Below, one piece after another: positions 28,182 through 39,400 of a stretch of DNA of 64,000 bases. Where the stretch lies: the IMG/VR virus record IMGVR_UViG_3300021400_000612, positions 25,719-89,718 of that record; one strand, written 5' to 3'. Origin of the DNA: a virus. Its lineage: Duplodnaviria > Caudoviricetes. Below the pieces are notes generated by a model that was not told the DNA's origin, made no database searches, and worked only from the letters and a program-made list of their open reading frames with translations. The position numbers were made by a program, and so were the translations under genes. Position 1 is the first letter of the stretch. Every line of letters begins with the position of its first letter.

Positions 28182-30395
28182 ATGGCTATAAGAAAATTAA
28201 AAAATGGTGGTAGGCGTAAAGCTATATTTGGTAGTGAAGAGGGCGCTATTCTAGCTGCTGCAGGTATTAATGTAGCTGGTACTATGGCTGCTTCTGCTAT
28301 CGGGGCTAGTGCTACTAAAAAGGCAGCACAAGACCAAGCTAAAGCTACTATCGAGTCTGCTCAAAAACAAGCTCAAGCTATTAAAGACCAAAGTGCTAGG
28401 TCTAAAGAATTGCAACAAGAATCTCAAGAATTTATTAAAGAGCAAAATGCTGAGAATCGTGAACTTCAAAAAGATATTCAGCTACAACTTCAAATGCTTA
28501 CAGGTCAACAAAATGTTAATGATAGACTTGAAGCTAGTAAGATACAAGTTAAAAATGGTGGTAGTACTAAACGTAAACTACGTCTTGCAGGCAAATCTCC
28601 ATCTCTTCTACAGGGGAGCGAGAATATGCCTTTTGTCGTTACTGATGGTGGTACTGTAATTCCAATAGGACAAACTCCTGAAGGTTACGATATGTATGAA
28701 ATTCTTGGTAACGACCACGAACATTATCATAAAGCTAGAGGAGGTAAGAATAAAACTGGTGTAGGTATTAAGTTTGCTGATGGTAGTATAATAGAAGGAG
28801 AAGGTAATCAAAATACTAATCAAGGTGAGATTATGGTAAATACTCCTAATAATGCTTATTTTATAAGCAAACATTCTATTGCTGGATTTAATCCTGCTAA
28901 AATGACTCTTGGTGGTATGCATCCGTTACAAGCTTATGCTATTCAAGAACAACTTAAAGCTGCTAATGGTATTAGTGACGACGGTAAGCATAATAGCTCC
29001 CCCGTAGAAAAGAAACTACTTGGTGGCGAACCTAATTATGTTATTGATATGTATAATCAAGTTGGTCCACAAATGGGTGTAGATACTATGGGTGATACTA
29101 CTGTTGGAGTTGTAGCTGCTACTCAAGATGATAAAAGTAAACTTAAATTTGGTGGTAAAAAAAGATGTCTTAGACTTGGTGGTAGAACTAAAGCTGTTGC
29201 AGGGCTTGATGTAATAAATAAATGGTGGGCTGGATTAGATAATCAAACTAGAAATAATATTAATATGGCTGCAGCAGGTGTTGGAAATCCTACTGTAACT
29301 GGAAAAACATCTAGTTCTAATACAGGAAATGCATCTAGTTCTAATACAGGAAGTACATCAAAACCTGTTACTCCTAGTATGTTTGAGCATCAACCTAGTG
29401 GTACTAGTGGAAATACTAGAGGTGGTATGACTACTACAAGAGGCGGTGGTTTTGGTGGCTGGATAAATCGTAATGCTGACTTAGTTGGTGCAGGTATTGG
29501 AGCATTAGGAAATATTGGTGGTGCTTTAATTACATCTGGTGCTAATAGGTCTGCTGCTAGAACTATAGCTGATGCTCAGAATCAGGCTGCTGGTATTATG
29601 AGAGATGCTTATAATTCTCTTACTGGAATTGATATGAATTCTATTCGTAGAGAAGATTTTGCTGCTGCTCATGCAATGCCTGCTCTTCAAGCTCCTGTAA
29701 GTTTTGCTGCTGGACAAAACGCTTTAGTTAATAGGTCTTTGCAAAGAACTCTTGCTAATGCTGGTAAATATTCTGCTAGTGGTGCTGCTGCTCAACGAAG
29801 AATGGCTGAGGCTGAAGTAAATGCTCAAGATGCACGTAATCAAATTTATTCTGCTGACCAACGTCAAATGCAAGAAATTCGTCAAGGTAATGCTGAACGT
29901 GTTACGCAGGCTGCTATGAAGAATGCTGAACTTGATACTCAAGCTAATCGTGATTATACAGGTGCATATCTTAATTTGCTTCAGTATAACAACGATATTA
30001 ATAATCAAAAGATTCTTGGTGCAGCAGGTGCTATGTCTGAAGGTGCTATCAATGCAGCAAATGCTATTGGTCAAGCACAAACTTCAAATGCTGCTGCTTG
30101 GGCTAGTGCTCTTACAGGTTCTTCTCAAGGATTTGCAAATAGTCTTTCTAATATGATTACTCGTAAAAATGACCTTGCTAAAGTTATGCTTGGTGCTAGT
30201 GGAGATAGTCAAGCTTCATATTATGCTAATCCTAACTTAGCATCTAACCGAGAAGCTAATACAGAATATAATAGATTGGTTGCACAATACGATGCTATAA
30301 AGAATAGTAAGAAACCTGGTGACCAAGATACTGCTGCTATTCTAAGGAGAAGAATTAATAATATTGCAACTGGTAGAGGATTTCAAACTGTTTAA
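28182..30395 (+). CDS. Putative virion cargo/ejection protein
   Basis: Ala/Gly/Gln-rich helices, hydrophobic GAGIGALG segments, a GNDHE...IEGEG domain and repeated K..GG motifs. Confidence 0.6.
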   Translation: MAIRKLKNGGRRKAIFGSEEGAILAAAGINVAGTMAASAIGASATKKAAQDQAKATIESAQKQAQAIKDQSARSKELQQESQEFIKEQNAENRELQKDIQLQLQMLTGQQNVNDRLEASKIQVKNGGSTKRKLRLAGKSPSLLQGSENMPFVVTDGGTVIPIGQTPEGYDMYEILGNDHEHYHKARGGKNKTGVGIKFADGSIIEGEGNQNTNQGEIMVNTPNNAYFISKHSIAGFNPAKMTLGGMHPLQAYAIQEQLKAANGISDDGKHNSSPVEKKLLGGEPNYVIDMYNQVGPQMGVDTMGDTTVGVVAATQDDKSKLKFGGKKRCLRLGGRTKAVAGLDVINKWWAGLDNQTRNNINMAAAGVGNPTVTGKTSSSNTGNASSSNTGSTSKPVTPSMFEHQPSGTSGNTRGGMTTTRGGGFGGWINRNADLVGAGIGALGNIGGALITSGANRSAARTIADAQNQAAGIMRDAYNSLTGIDMNSIRREDFAAAHAMPALQAPVSFAAGQNALVNRSLQRTLANAGKYSASGAAAQRRMAEAEVNAQDARNQIYSADQRQMQEIRQGNAERVTQAAMKNAELDTQANRDYTGAYLNLLQYNNDINNQKILGAAGAMSEGAINAANAIGQAQTSNAAAWASALTGSSQGFANSLSNMITRKNDLAKVMLGASGDSQASYYANPNLASNREANTEYNRLVAQYDAIKNSKKPGDQDTAAILRRRINNIATGRGFQTV

Positions 30396-30398
30396 ATT

Positions 30399-31697
30399 AT
30401 GCCTAGAGATATTGATTTATATAATAGAAATGTAGGTAGAGGTAGTAGAATTCCTAATATAGGTATTGGAGTAGGGCAATCAGGCTTTACTCCTGCTACC
30501 TTTCAAGCTGGTGTCTTTACTCCACAAAAAGAAGATATGAGTCTTTTACAACGTTCTCTTCAAACTCTTGATGAACGTAAAGAAAAGACTGACCAACAAC
30601 GTGCTGCTATTATGTCTGCTATCGGTAAACTTAACCTAAATGCAGCAGAAGATAAATGGAAGTATGATTATGCTAATAGAATTGGTGCTCAAATAGATAG
30701 TGCTGCACAATTTGGAGATTATTCTACAGCTCTTGAAACTGCTACTAGACTTGCTGGAGAAGCTATTACTAGTCCTGAAGTTACAGGTAGAATTAGAGCT
30801 AATGAACAATATGAAAAAGAAGTTCAAACTCAGCAAGCACGTAGAGATAGAGGTGATATTAGTCAAGCTACTTATAAATGGTGGTTGAAAAATAATCCTT
30901 ATAAGTATCAAGACACTTATGATGATAATGGAAATATTGTAGGCGGTTCTATTTATGAACCTTCTTTTAGACCTGTTAACGATATTAATTGGGCTAGTAC
31001 TGCAATGGCTGCTTTTAAATTAGTTACTCCTTTTAAAAGTAGTGTTTCTAGAGATGGAGGTTCTAATGTTACAAATAATACAAGTGCTCCTATAACTCGT
31101 GGTAAAACTACATATAAACCAGGAGAATCTATAGGTAGTACAGGTCATAGCAGCAGTAGTCAAGAAAAAGTTACTAAAGAACAAATAACTGCTAGAATGG
31201 AAGAACTTCTTAGTTCTACAGCTGATGGTTACAAACAAGCAGAACAAGCATATGATGTCGCTACTGATGAATTCAAAGATTTAGTAGAACAATATAAAAC
31301 AGCTTTTGCTGAAAATCCCGATAGCGAAGAAGCTAGAATACTTGGTCAAAAGATAGACGCTCGTAAAAAGCTAATGTATCGTAATGGTAGCAAAATAGAT
31401 TATAAAGAATATTATGCTAGAATGATTACAGATAGTTTATACGCTGATGGACTTGCTTATGATTGGAGAACTTCTAGTTCTGGCGGAACTTCTTCTTATT
31501 CCATAAGCGAATCTTCTACTGGAGGTGGTCATGGTGGAAGAGCTATTTCTGATAATTATTTCCCAGGTGCTAGATATAATTATGAAACTGGATATTGGGA
31601 AGGAGCTAATGTTAGACAATCTGTTGATACAGAAACTGCTCAAAATGAAGTAACTACTTCAAGTAGTAATATTTCTAATAGATTTAAAACAAGATAG
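30399..31697 (+). CDS. Putative virion cargo/ejection protein
   Basis: 432-aa helical protein in the ejection block, with 3-nt spacing from the previous gene. Confidence 0.55.
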   Translation: MPRDIDLYNRNVGRGSRIPNIGIGVGQSGFTPATFQAGVFTPQKEDMSLLQRSLQTLDERKEKTDQQRAAIMSAIGKLNLNAAEDKWKYDYANRIGAQIDSAAQFGDYSTALETATRLAGEAITSPEVTGRIRANEQYEKEVQTQQARRDRGDISQATYKWWLKNNPYKYQDTYDDNGNIVGGSIYEPSFRPVNDINWASTAMAAFKLVTPFKSSVSRDGGSNVTNNTSAPITRGKTTYKPGESIGSTGHSSSSQEKVTKEQITARMEELLSSTADGYKQAEQAYDVATDEFKDLVEQYKTAFAENPDSEEARILGQKIDARKKLMYRNGSKIDYKEYYARMITDSLYADGLAYDWRTSSSGGTSSYSISESSTGGGHGGRAISDNYFPGARYNYETGYWEGANVRQSVDTETAQNEVTTSSSNISNRFKTR

Positions 31698-31702
31698 AAA
31701 TT

Positions 31703-33487
31703 ATGAAAATTAATTTTGGTAATTATACATATTTTGATGGCAAACCTGATGGTGTAGATATTGCAAAAGGAAGTACTAACTATCCTTTTACTTATATACA
31801 ATCCCATATGTTTGATGAAAATAAATTCAATCAACTTGTGGCTAATCGTCAATATAATGATGCTGCTGACTATGCATCTCAATTCCATTTTAGTGACCCT
31901 GAAACTCAAAAAGCTCATGAAAGTGATATTATAAACCTTCGTAGAAGTGGTAGAGTTCTTGGTGCTGTATATGGAAGAGTTAAAGACCCAACAGACTTAG
32001 CAAAGATTACTTTTGCTGATAATGTTTTTGTAGATGGTGGACTAGAAAGAGGTGGCAACAGTGAGATAAATACAGCTTTTGAAGATTTGAAATCTAAAAT
32101 AGGTAGTACTGTAGATAGTGACGGTAATGTTACAAATGAAGCATCTACTCTTGAAATTACATTTGAACCTAAAACAAATAAACTTCTTGGAATTGATTGG
32201 CTTATGCCAGACAATGATAATAATATTGAGAACTTTTATGAAACTAGTGGTTTAAATGTTAATACATTAAGAGATAATGGAGTACAAGTAATAAATAAAG
32301 ATGGACGTACTATTCTTAGATTTGATAAATCTAATCCTTTAGCTAATAAGATTTTATATAACACTCCTACTGTGCTAAATGGTATGTTGGGTGATGTAGA
32401 TAGAGCTGTATTAGCCACTAAGCCTACTAAAGTAGTTGGATATAACAAAAAAGGAGAAGTTACTGGAGAAACTGATGATTTGAGAGAATTTCATTCTTTT
32501 ATTCAAGATGCTAAAAATACAAAGGAAAAGTATTTTGAAGATTTTGATTTAACTTACAAAGATTATTCTTCTACAGTTGGTCCTATGATTAGTGATGAGT
32601 TATCTTCTTTGAAAGCTATGCTTAATAGTGGACAAATAAATGAAACTCAATATAATCAACAAGCTAAAGCTATAGCTCCGCATATATTCTCAGCTATTAA
32701 TACTTTAGGTAGTGGTAATTATGAAATGTACACTAATAATTTTAACGAAGAACCAACTGATGAAACTTTAGTACCTGTTGAAAATAAAGACCGTTCTAAG
32801 CTTACTGATTTGATTAGCAGTTATGCTCCAAAAGATATTGATGTTTCGGCTATGGTATCTAATGGAAAAATTGGTGCTTTAATTACTTTGGAAGGAACTG
32901 GTAATGAAAGTAAAGCTCAAGAGAATGATGGTCGTCGTATTCAAATTTTTGTTCCAGGTTTACTTCAAGAAGAAGCTCAAGCTAAGATTAATAGAAATAC
33001 TTCAACTCGTGCTATACAAGAACTTAATAGTATGATAGATTGGGGTTATTCTTACAAACTTAGAGATGGTTCTGAAATAGGTGTTAATGATAGAGGGCAG
33101 TTTACAAAAAATAAAGAAGTTATTAATAAGCAATCTGCTATTCAAGAAATTAATAAGGATATGATTATGGAAGATGCTCTTTCTAATCTTAAATTCCAAT
33201 ATATGAATGCAGATGGTAACATAACTGATAATCTTAAATATGAAGAAATGGCTAGACTTTTGTCTATGAATGCCGCTGCTGATATTTATGGTGATGTTAA
33301 ATTAAATGTTAATCCTCAAACAGCTGATGTAACTCTTTCAGATAAATTTGGAAATACTTATACACCAGATGATATATTTAATCGAAATATAGATAAAGAT
33401 AAAACTCAGTATGAGATTTACTATAGATTAAATGAAATATATTCTATGTATAATGAATTAATGGATGAACTAAATTTTTATAAATAA
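31703..33487 (+). CDS. Putative virion cargo/ejection protein
   Basis: 594 aa, between the cargo genes and the giant genes. Confidence 0.55.
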   Translation: MKINFGNYTYFDGKPDGVDIAKGSTNYPFTYIQSHMFDENKFNQLVANRQYNDAADYASQFHFSDPETQKAHESDIINLRRSGRVLGAVYGRVKDPTDLAKITFADNVFVDGGLERGGNSEINTAFEDLKSKIGSTVDSDGNVTNEASTLEITFEPKTNKLLGIDWLMPDNDNNIENFYETSGLNVNTLRDNGVQVINKDGRTILRFDKSNPLANKILYNTPTVLNGMLGDVDRAVLATKPTKVVGYNKKGEVTGETDDLREFHSFIQDAKNTKEKYFEDFDLTYKDYSSTVGPMISDELSSLKAMLNSGQINETQYNQQAKAIAPHIFSAINTLGSGNYEMYTNNFNEEPTDETLVPVENKDRSKLTDLISSYAPKDIDVSAMVSNGKIGALITLEGTGNESKAQENDGRRIQIFVPGLLQEEAQAKINRNTSTRAIQELNSMIDWGYSYKLRDGSEIGVNDRGQFTKNKEVINKQSAIQEINKDMIMEDALSNLKFQYMNADGNITDNLKYEEMARLLSMNAAADIYGDVKLNVNPQTADVTLSDKFGNTYTPDDIFNRNIDKDKTQYEIYYRLNEIYSMYNELMDELNFYK

Positions 33488-33490
33488 GTT

Positions 33491-36400
33491 ATGGATGTAT
33501 TAGATTTTATAAATAGAAATGGACAAAGGACTGTACCTAATCCAAATTATAATCCTAAGTCTAAAAAGAATACAGAGCCTCCTACTATAATTGTTCCTGA
33601 TGCTCAGCCTATTCCTGATGATGTTATAGAAATGGCGAAAAGAGATGCTCTTAATCAATTTTCTATAGATTCTGGAACAGCTGACAAATATAGAGAATTT
33701 GGATTAAATTATAATCCTAAAGATAATCTTGATAAACAATTAGCAGATGCTCAATCTAATTGGTCTAAGGCAGTTAATGCTTTAGGCCAAACTTTGGTTT
33801 CTGAAATTGGTATTGGAACAGCAAAGGGTGTTAGTGATTTGATTGACTTTGTTGGTCAAAAAGTTGGATTATCTGATCCTAATTATTCTAATCCTGTTAG
33901 TCAATATCTTGAAGAAAAGCAAAAAGAGTTTGAAGAATGGGCTCCTGTCTACGCTGACCCTGATAATAATACTTTAAAAGACCAATTTACTGGAGGTTTC
34001 AATCTTGGATATTGGTTTTCTAATATTCCTTCTATTGCAAGTAGTTTAACTCTTCTTATTCCTAGTACTGGTATTACTAAAGCTTTATCTTGGGCTGGTA
34101 AAGCTAGTAAGATTTCTAAATATACTAATAGAGCTGCAAGAGCTATAGCTAATCCTGTAGCACATGCTTTTGGAAGAAGTGGTTTTACTAGTGCTGAAAT
34201 GGGAGTAGCTTTTGAAACTGGTATCAATGCTGCTCTTAGTAGAACAATGGAAAATTATCAAGAAGCTAGACAAACTTATAACGATAGTTATATAGATATG
34301 TCTAACACTTTGAATAATATGTCTGATGAAGAATATAATAAATTTCTTCAGAGAAATGCTCAATATCTTGCAGATAATAATATAGATACTACAGATAGAG
34401 ATTCTGTTGCAAAACAACTTGCTAGAAGTGCTGCTGATAGAACTTTCCAATTAGACTTTGCTAATGTTGTATTTGATGCATATCAAATTTATGGTCTTAG
34501 AAATCTTTTAACTCACGCTCCTAGATTTAACCAATCTGCTGCAACTAGAGCTGCTCAGCGTAATGCTATGAGAACTGCAGGTATGACAGAAGAACAAGCT
34601 GCTGCTGAATTAGCTAAAGATAGTAGATTAACTAAAATTGGTTATTGGGTTAATGATAATTTATTTGGTTTTGGCAGACAAATTAAATCTGAACTTTCTG
34701 AAGGTGTTGAAGAAGCTGTTAACTATATTGCACAACAAGAAGGTACTCATCTCGGTAAATATCTTCTAACTGGGGAAAATGGTGACTCTAGAGATTTGAA
34801 TTTGCTTAGTAGTGTTGGTCCAATGACTAGTAGAATTCTTAATGATTATTATAATGATACTGGTCTTTGGGATTCTGCCTTCTGGGGTGTTGTTGGTGGT
34901 GTTGTATTTCAAGCTGGAGGTAGCAAATTAAATAGAATATCTCAAACTATTAAGAATAGACAAGAAGAAAAGAAATCAGCTAATAAAGATAATGCTAAAA
35001 CTCAAGAAGCTAAAGTTACTCCTCACTGGTGGGCTCTTGACCAATCTGCTGAAACAGAAAGAATGCTTACTGAAATTAATGGTCGTAATGTTAAACTTAA
35101 TACATTACGAGAAAATATGCAAAAAATTAATGCAGGTAAGAATCCTTACATTGTAAACGAAGATAAGACTAATCCTGACATAAGCTCCCCCGTAGAAGAA
35201 AGAATGCTTAGAGAGAAAGCATATACAGAGTATCTTGATGAAATGATTATTACTGCTAGAAATAACGGTACTCTTAATATGCTTGAAGCTTATCTTGAAG
35301 ATTCAAATGTACAAGATGCTATTGTTGCTGCTTATCAAAGTGGTGATAATGCTAATCGTGTATCAAAGGAAGAAGCTCAACAAGCTGCTGCTAAAGCATC
35401 TGAAAGAGTTAAGAAAATTGATAGAATGTATCAGGATGAAATTATTCATGCTTCTGATATTGCTGATAGAGTTGGTGATAAAGAAGGAACTGCACTTCCT
35501 GCTGAATACATTCAAATGATTGCATCATCTAATGTTCGTCATAGATTAAATCTTGAACGTTATGATGAAGTAGCTGCTATGTACAATGAAGATACAGAAA
35601 GAATTAAAAAAGTTCTTGGAGATAAATTCGATTCTACTATAGATTATCAAGGTCTTGTATCTCTTCGTGCTACTATTCAAGAATTATCTGGTCTTATTGC
35701 ACAAAAGAAAGAACTTGAAACTAAACAAAAAGAAAAGCCTACTCTTACAACACAATTTGACATTGAAGAAATTGATAATCAAATTAATGTTATTAAAAGA
35801 AAGGCTCTACAAACTTCTACTGATGCTCAATTTGCAAGAACTTTATATGCTTTGCAAGTAGCTAATTCTGCTGTTAGAGAATATGCTCCTGATGGTAAAA
35901 CATTCAAAGTTAATGCTAGTGATGCAGATTTGATTGCAAATCTAGATAATTTCTTAATGAATGATTTATCTCATATTTTTGATGAAGTAGGTCAAGAAAA
36001 AAGAGATAACATTAGTAATGATGCTGTTCTTGGAGAACTTAGAAAAGTAATGAATGATATGCGTTACGTTCTTCCAGTAGATGCTAATGGTAAAAGACAA
36101 GATACAGAATCTTATCTTGAAAATCTTGACCCTAAACTTCCAGAAAATTATGATATTCTTGCTAGAATCGAATTAGAGAAAATTAAAGAAAATGCTAGAC
36201 TTGCTGAAACTGAGCAAGAAATAAGACATTATATTGGTGCTATTAACAATATGGAAAATGTAGCTCGTAAAAGAGTTATAGAAGACGCATTTAATACATT
36301 ATCTGATATTCAGAAAAATCATACAGATTTAAATATAATGCAAATTGCTAATGGTATATATGATGAAAACAATGCTGATTGGCTCATACAAACTAATGGT

Positions 36401-39400
36401 TTGACTGATGAAGAAAGAAATAAATTAAGAGAAGCTCTTAAAGTTCTTAATTTGGCTGATGTAAAAAATAGAACTCTATTTGATTCATTGGCTAAAACTC
36501 TTATGTATACTAGAGCTACTCAGACTCAAGTTGATGCAAACAATAAACAAAACACTGAACCTGCACAAGCTGCTACTGCTCAACCAGACACTAGTGCTGC
36601 TGGTACTCAAACTCAAAATTCTGGCACATCTCAAAATCCAGTTTCAGCCCAACCAACGGGGCAGCCTATCAATCAATCGCAACAAGGTTCTAATGCAGCC
36701 ACAAGTCAAGGAAATGGGCAAATAGAGCAAACAAGTGGACAAACCACACCTACACAAATAGCATTATCATATAATGGTAATACTATTAATTATAGTGTTC
36801 CACAAGCTGGTGCTACTAGTAGTACAAACGTTATTATTGTCAAACCTCTTGGTAATGGCAATTTTGAATTAGATTTCGTTAATAAAGGCTCAGACGTTAG
36901 ACCTGAAGATATTAGTAACAATAGACTGTTTGATGTTCAACAACAACCTATGGATGGTGCTGTTGTTAAGCGTAATCCTATTGTTAGGTTTGGAAATAAC
37001 AATGAAGTTCAAGTTGTAAGTCAAGGTCTAGTAGAGAATCCATCAATTTCTTCTACGGGGGAGCAAGGCAGCTCTGTAGCTAATGCTCAAAGTTATATTG
37101 ATAGAATGGAATCTGCCAACACTCATAAGGAAGTTGATGCAATATATACAGAAGCTCTTAACAATGGAATACAGGAAAAAGAAATATTTCCTACTTATAG
37201 TAGAAGACATAAAGAAATAGATGACGCTAAAAAAGTTGTTGAACCTGAAGCTCCAGTTAGAGGAGCAGACCCTCTTGTTTATATTCCTCAGATAGCAGAT
37301 GCTGCTAGAGCTGCTGCTATGAAATTGAAGAATGGTGAAACTGTTACTTATGAAGAATATTTAGGCGGTCTTACTGATGTAAAAGCGGCTATAAATGATG
37401 ATATAACTTTTGAAAAGATTGCAAAAGAACGTTGGCAAACTGCTATGCAGCGTCTTGCGAAAAAATATCCTGAGGTTGTTGATAATATCATTAATACTCT
37501 TCAAAGTAGCACTACAGAAGAAGTTCCTGAAAGTAATCTTAAACGTGTATTCGATAAGAACTTTACTAGTGCTGTAGAGAAACTTGTTAAAGCATATCTT
37601 AAAGATATAGGTCAGAAGAAAGTTAATGGTAAGTATGTTATAAGTCTTGAAAATCTTCTTCGCTATTGTAATGGTGAATTCCAAAATAACGAGAATGCTG
37701 AAATACTTTATAATGTTCTTGCTAGTTATTTGAAATCTGATGAGGCTAGTAGTCTTTATGATGTTATTGAAACTGAAGAAGAAATTGCTGCACCTGACTT
37801 TTTAGATAATGTCAAAACGCCTTTAGAAGAAAGAATAAATAAAGCAATTAGACAAGAAAATCATAGAATAAATACTATCGGCGTTCAAAATAAAGAAGTA
37901 TTTGACGAACTTGAAGAAGGACAAGAACTTTCACTTAGAGAAACTAATGATAGAATTTATTTTACTTTTGATGGTAAAGATGTAGGTTATATAGGTAAGC
38001 CAAAAGTTGTAAATGGAACTTATAGTTCTCCTTATGAATATTGGCTATTTAGAATTAGACCTAATGGTAAAGATACATACTATTCTAAACTTGCTGAAAT
38101 ATTTAAAGCTATTGTAAATGCTACAGATGGTGAACTTAAAGAAATTTATGATGCTGCTTTAGCTGGTAGTTGGCATCTTGAAGGTAATGCTACTTGGGAT
38201 GCTATAAAAGCAGAATACACTATCAATACAATAGATAATGAAACAGGTGAAGAAAAGGATGATGTAGACTTTAGACTTCTTAGAGTTATTAGAACTATGG
38301 CTAGTTTTGCCGTTAAATATGGTTCAGCAGATAAAGCTATAGATGGTTGGTTTAATTCTCTTGCTCAAGAATATATAGCTGCTGATAACTTAACTAAAAA
38401 TAAAGATTCTAAAGTTGTAATAGATGCTATAAATGATGGTTTCCTTATTAGAGCTACTGATAAGTTAACAGATGATGGAAAAAATATTATACAATCTGAA
38501 GTTAATAAACTTCCTTTAGCTAGTCAAGCTATTGGTAGAAATAATAAAGGCAAAGTATCTATAGCTATTGGTTCTAGAAGACAAGCAGGTACTGTAGAAT
38601 GTGTTGTTAAGAAAGAAAACGATAAAGTTACTATTCCTGCTACATATTCTTTCCCAGGTGTTGGTTATTCTAATACGTTTGTGGCTATTCCTATTTCGAA
38701 AGGTAGAGTTTTATTTGCTCAAGCTTATCCTATAACTGCTAGAGAACTTACTCGTGGGTCAGAAGCAGCTAAAATAGTTAGTGCTTTTTCAAATCAAGTT
38801 ACTAAATATTTAGAAAATATTGCAAGAAATCCTGGAAATGACCAACTTTTTAGAGAATTGCAAGATTTTTTATTTGAAGCTCTTAATTATAAAAATTCTA
38901 CTACTCCATTATTCCATATGGATAATTGTGAGAAAGTAAACGTTGGCGATGATAGAGGAACTCATATTGGAACTAATGGTAGAAGAGGTCCTCGTAGAGA
39001 TTTAAGAATCTTCTGTAATCCTGGTAAAACTCATAAGATACAAATACAAAATGTAGGTGTAAATGAAACTATTGAAATAACTCCTGCAAATATTTCTAGA
39101 ATTACAAGTCTTGTTAAAAATTTCTTAGCAGATACTTTACAATTTAATATTTCTGAATCTTATATAGCTAGTGATAATAATACAAGAAATCAAGTAGAAG
39201 GTCTTGCTACTAGAGATAAAGATGGAAAATTTGTTGTAAAAATAGGAGATGAAAGTTGGACATTTGATTCTTACAATGATTTTATCTTAAATAATGATTT
39301 AGTAAGAGTTAATACTAAACCTAACGAGTATGGTAATAATGTAACAAGAACTTCTAACAATCCTAATATTAGATATAAAATTGTTACAAGCTCCCCTGTA

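Noticed and set aside
29308-29352. 21-bp tandem repeat CATCTAGTTCTAATACAGGAA (24-bp period), and a similar one at 3995..4032
   Set aside because: These are real but ordinary in-frame slippage duplications in low-complexity linkers.
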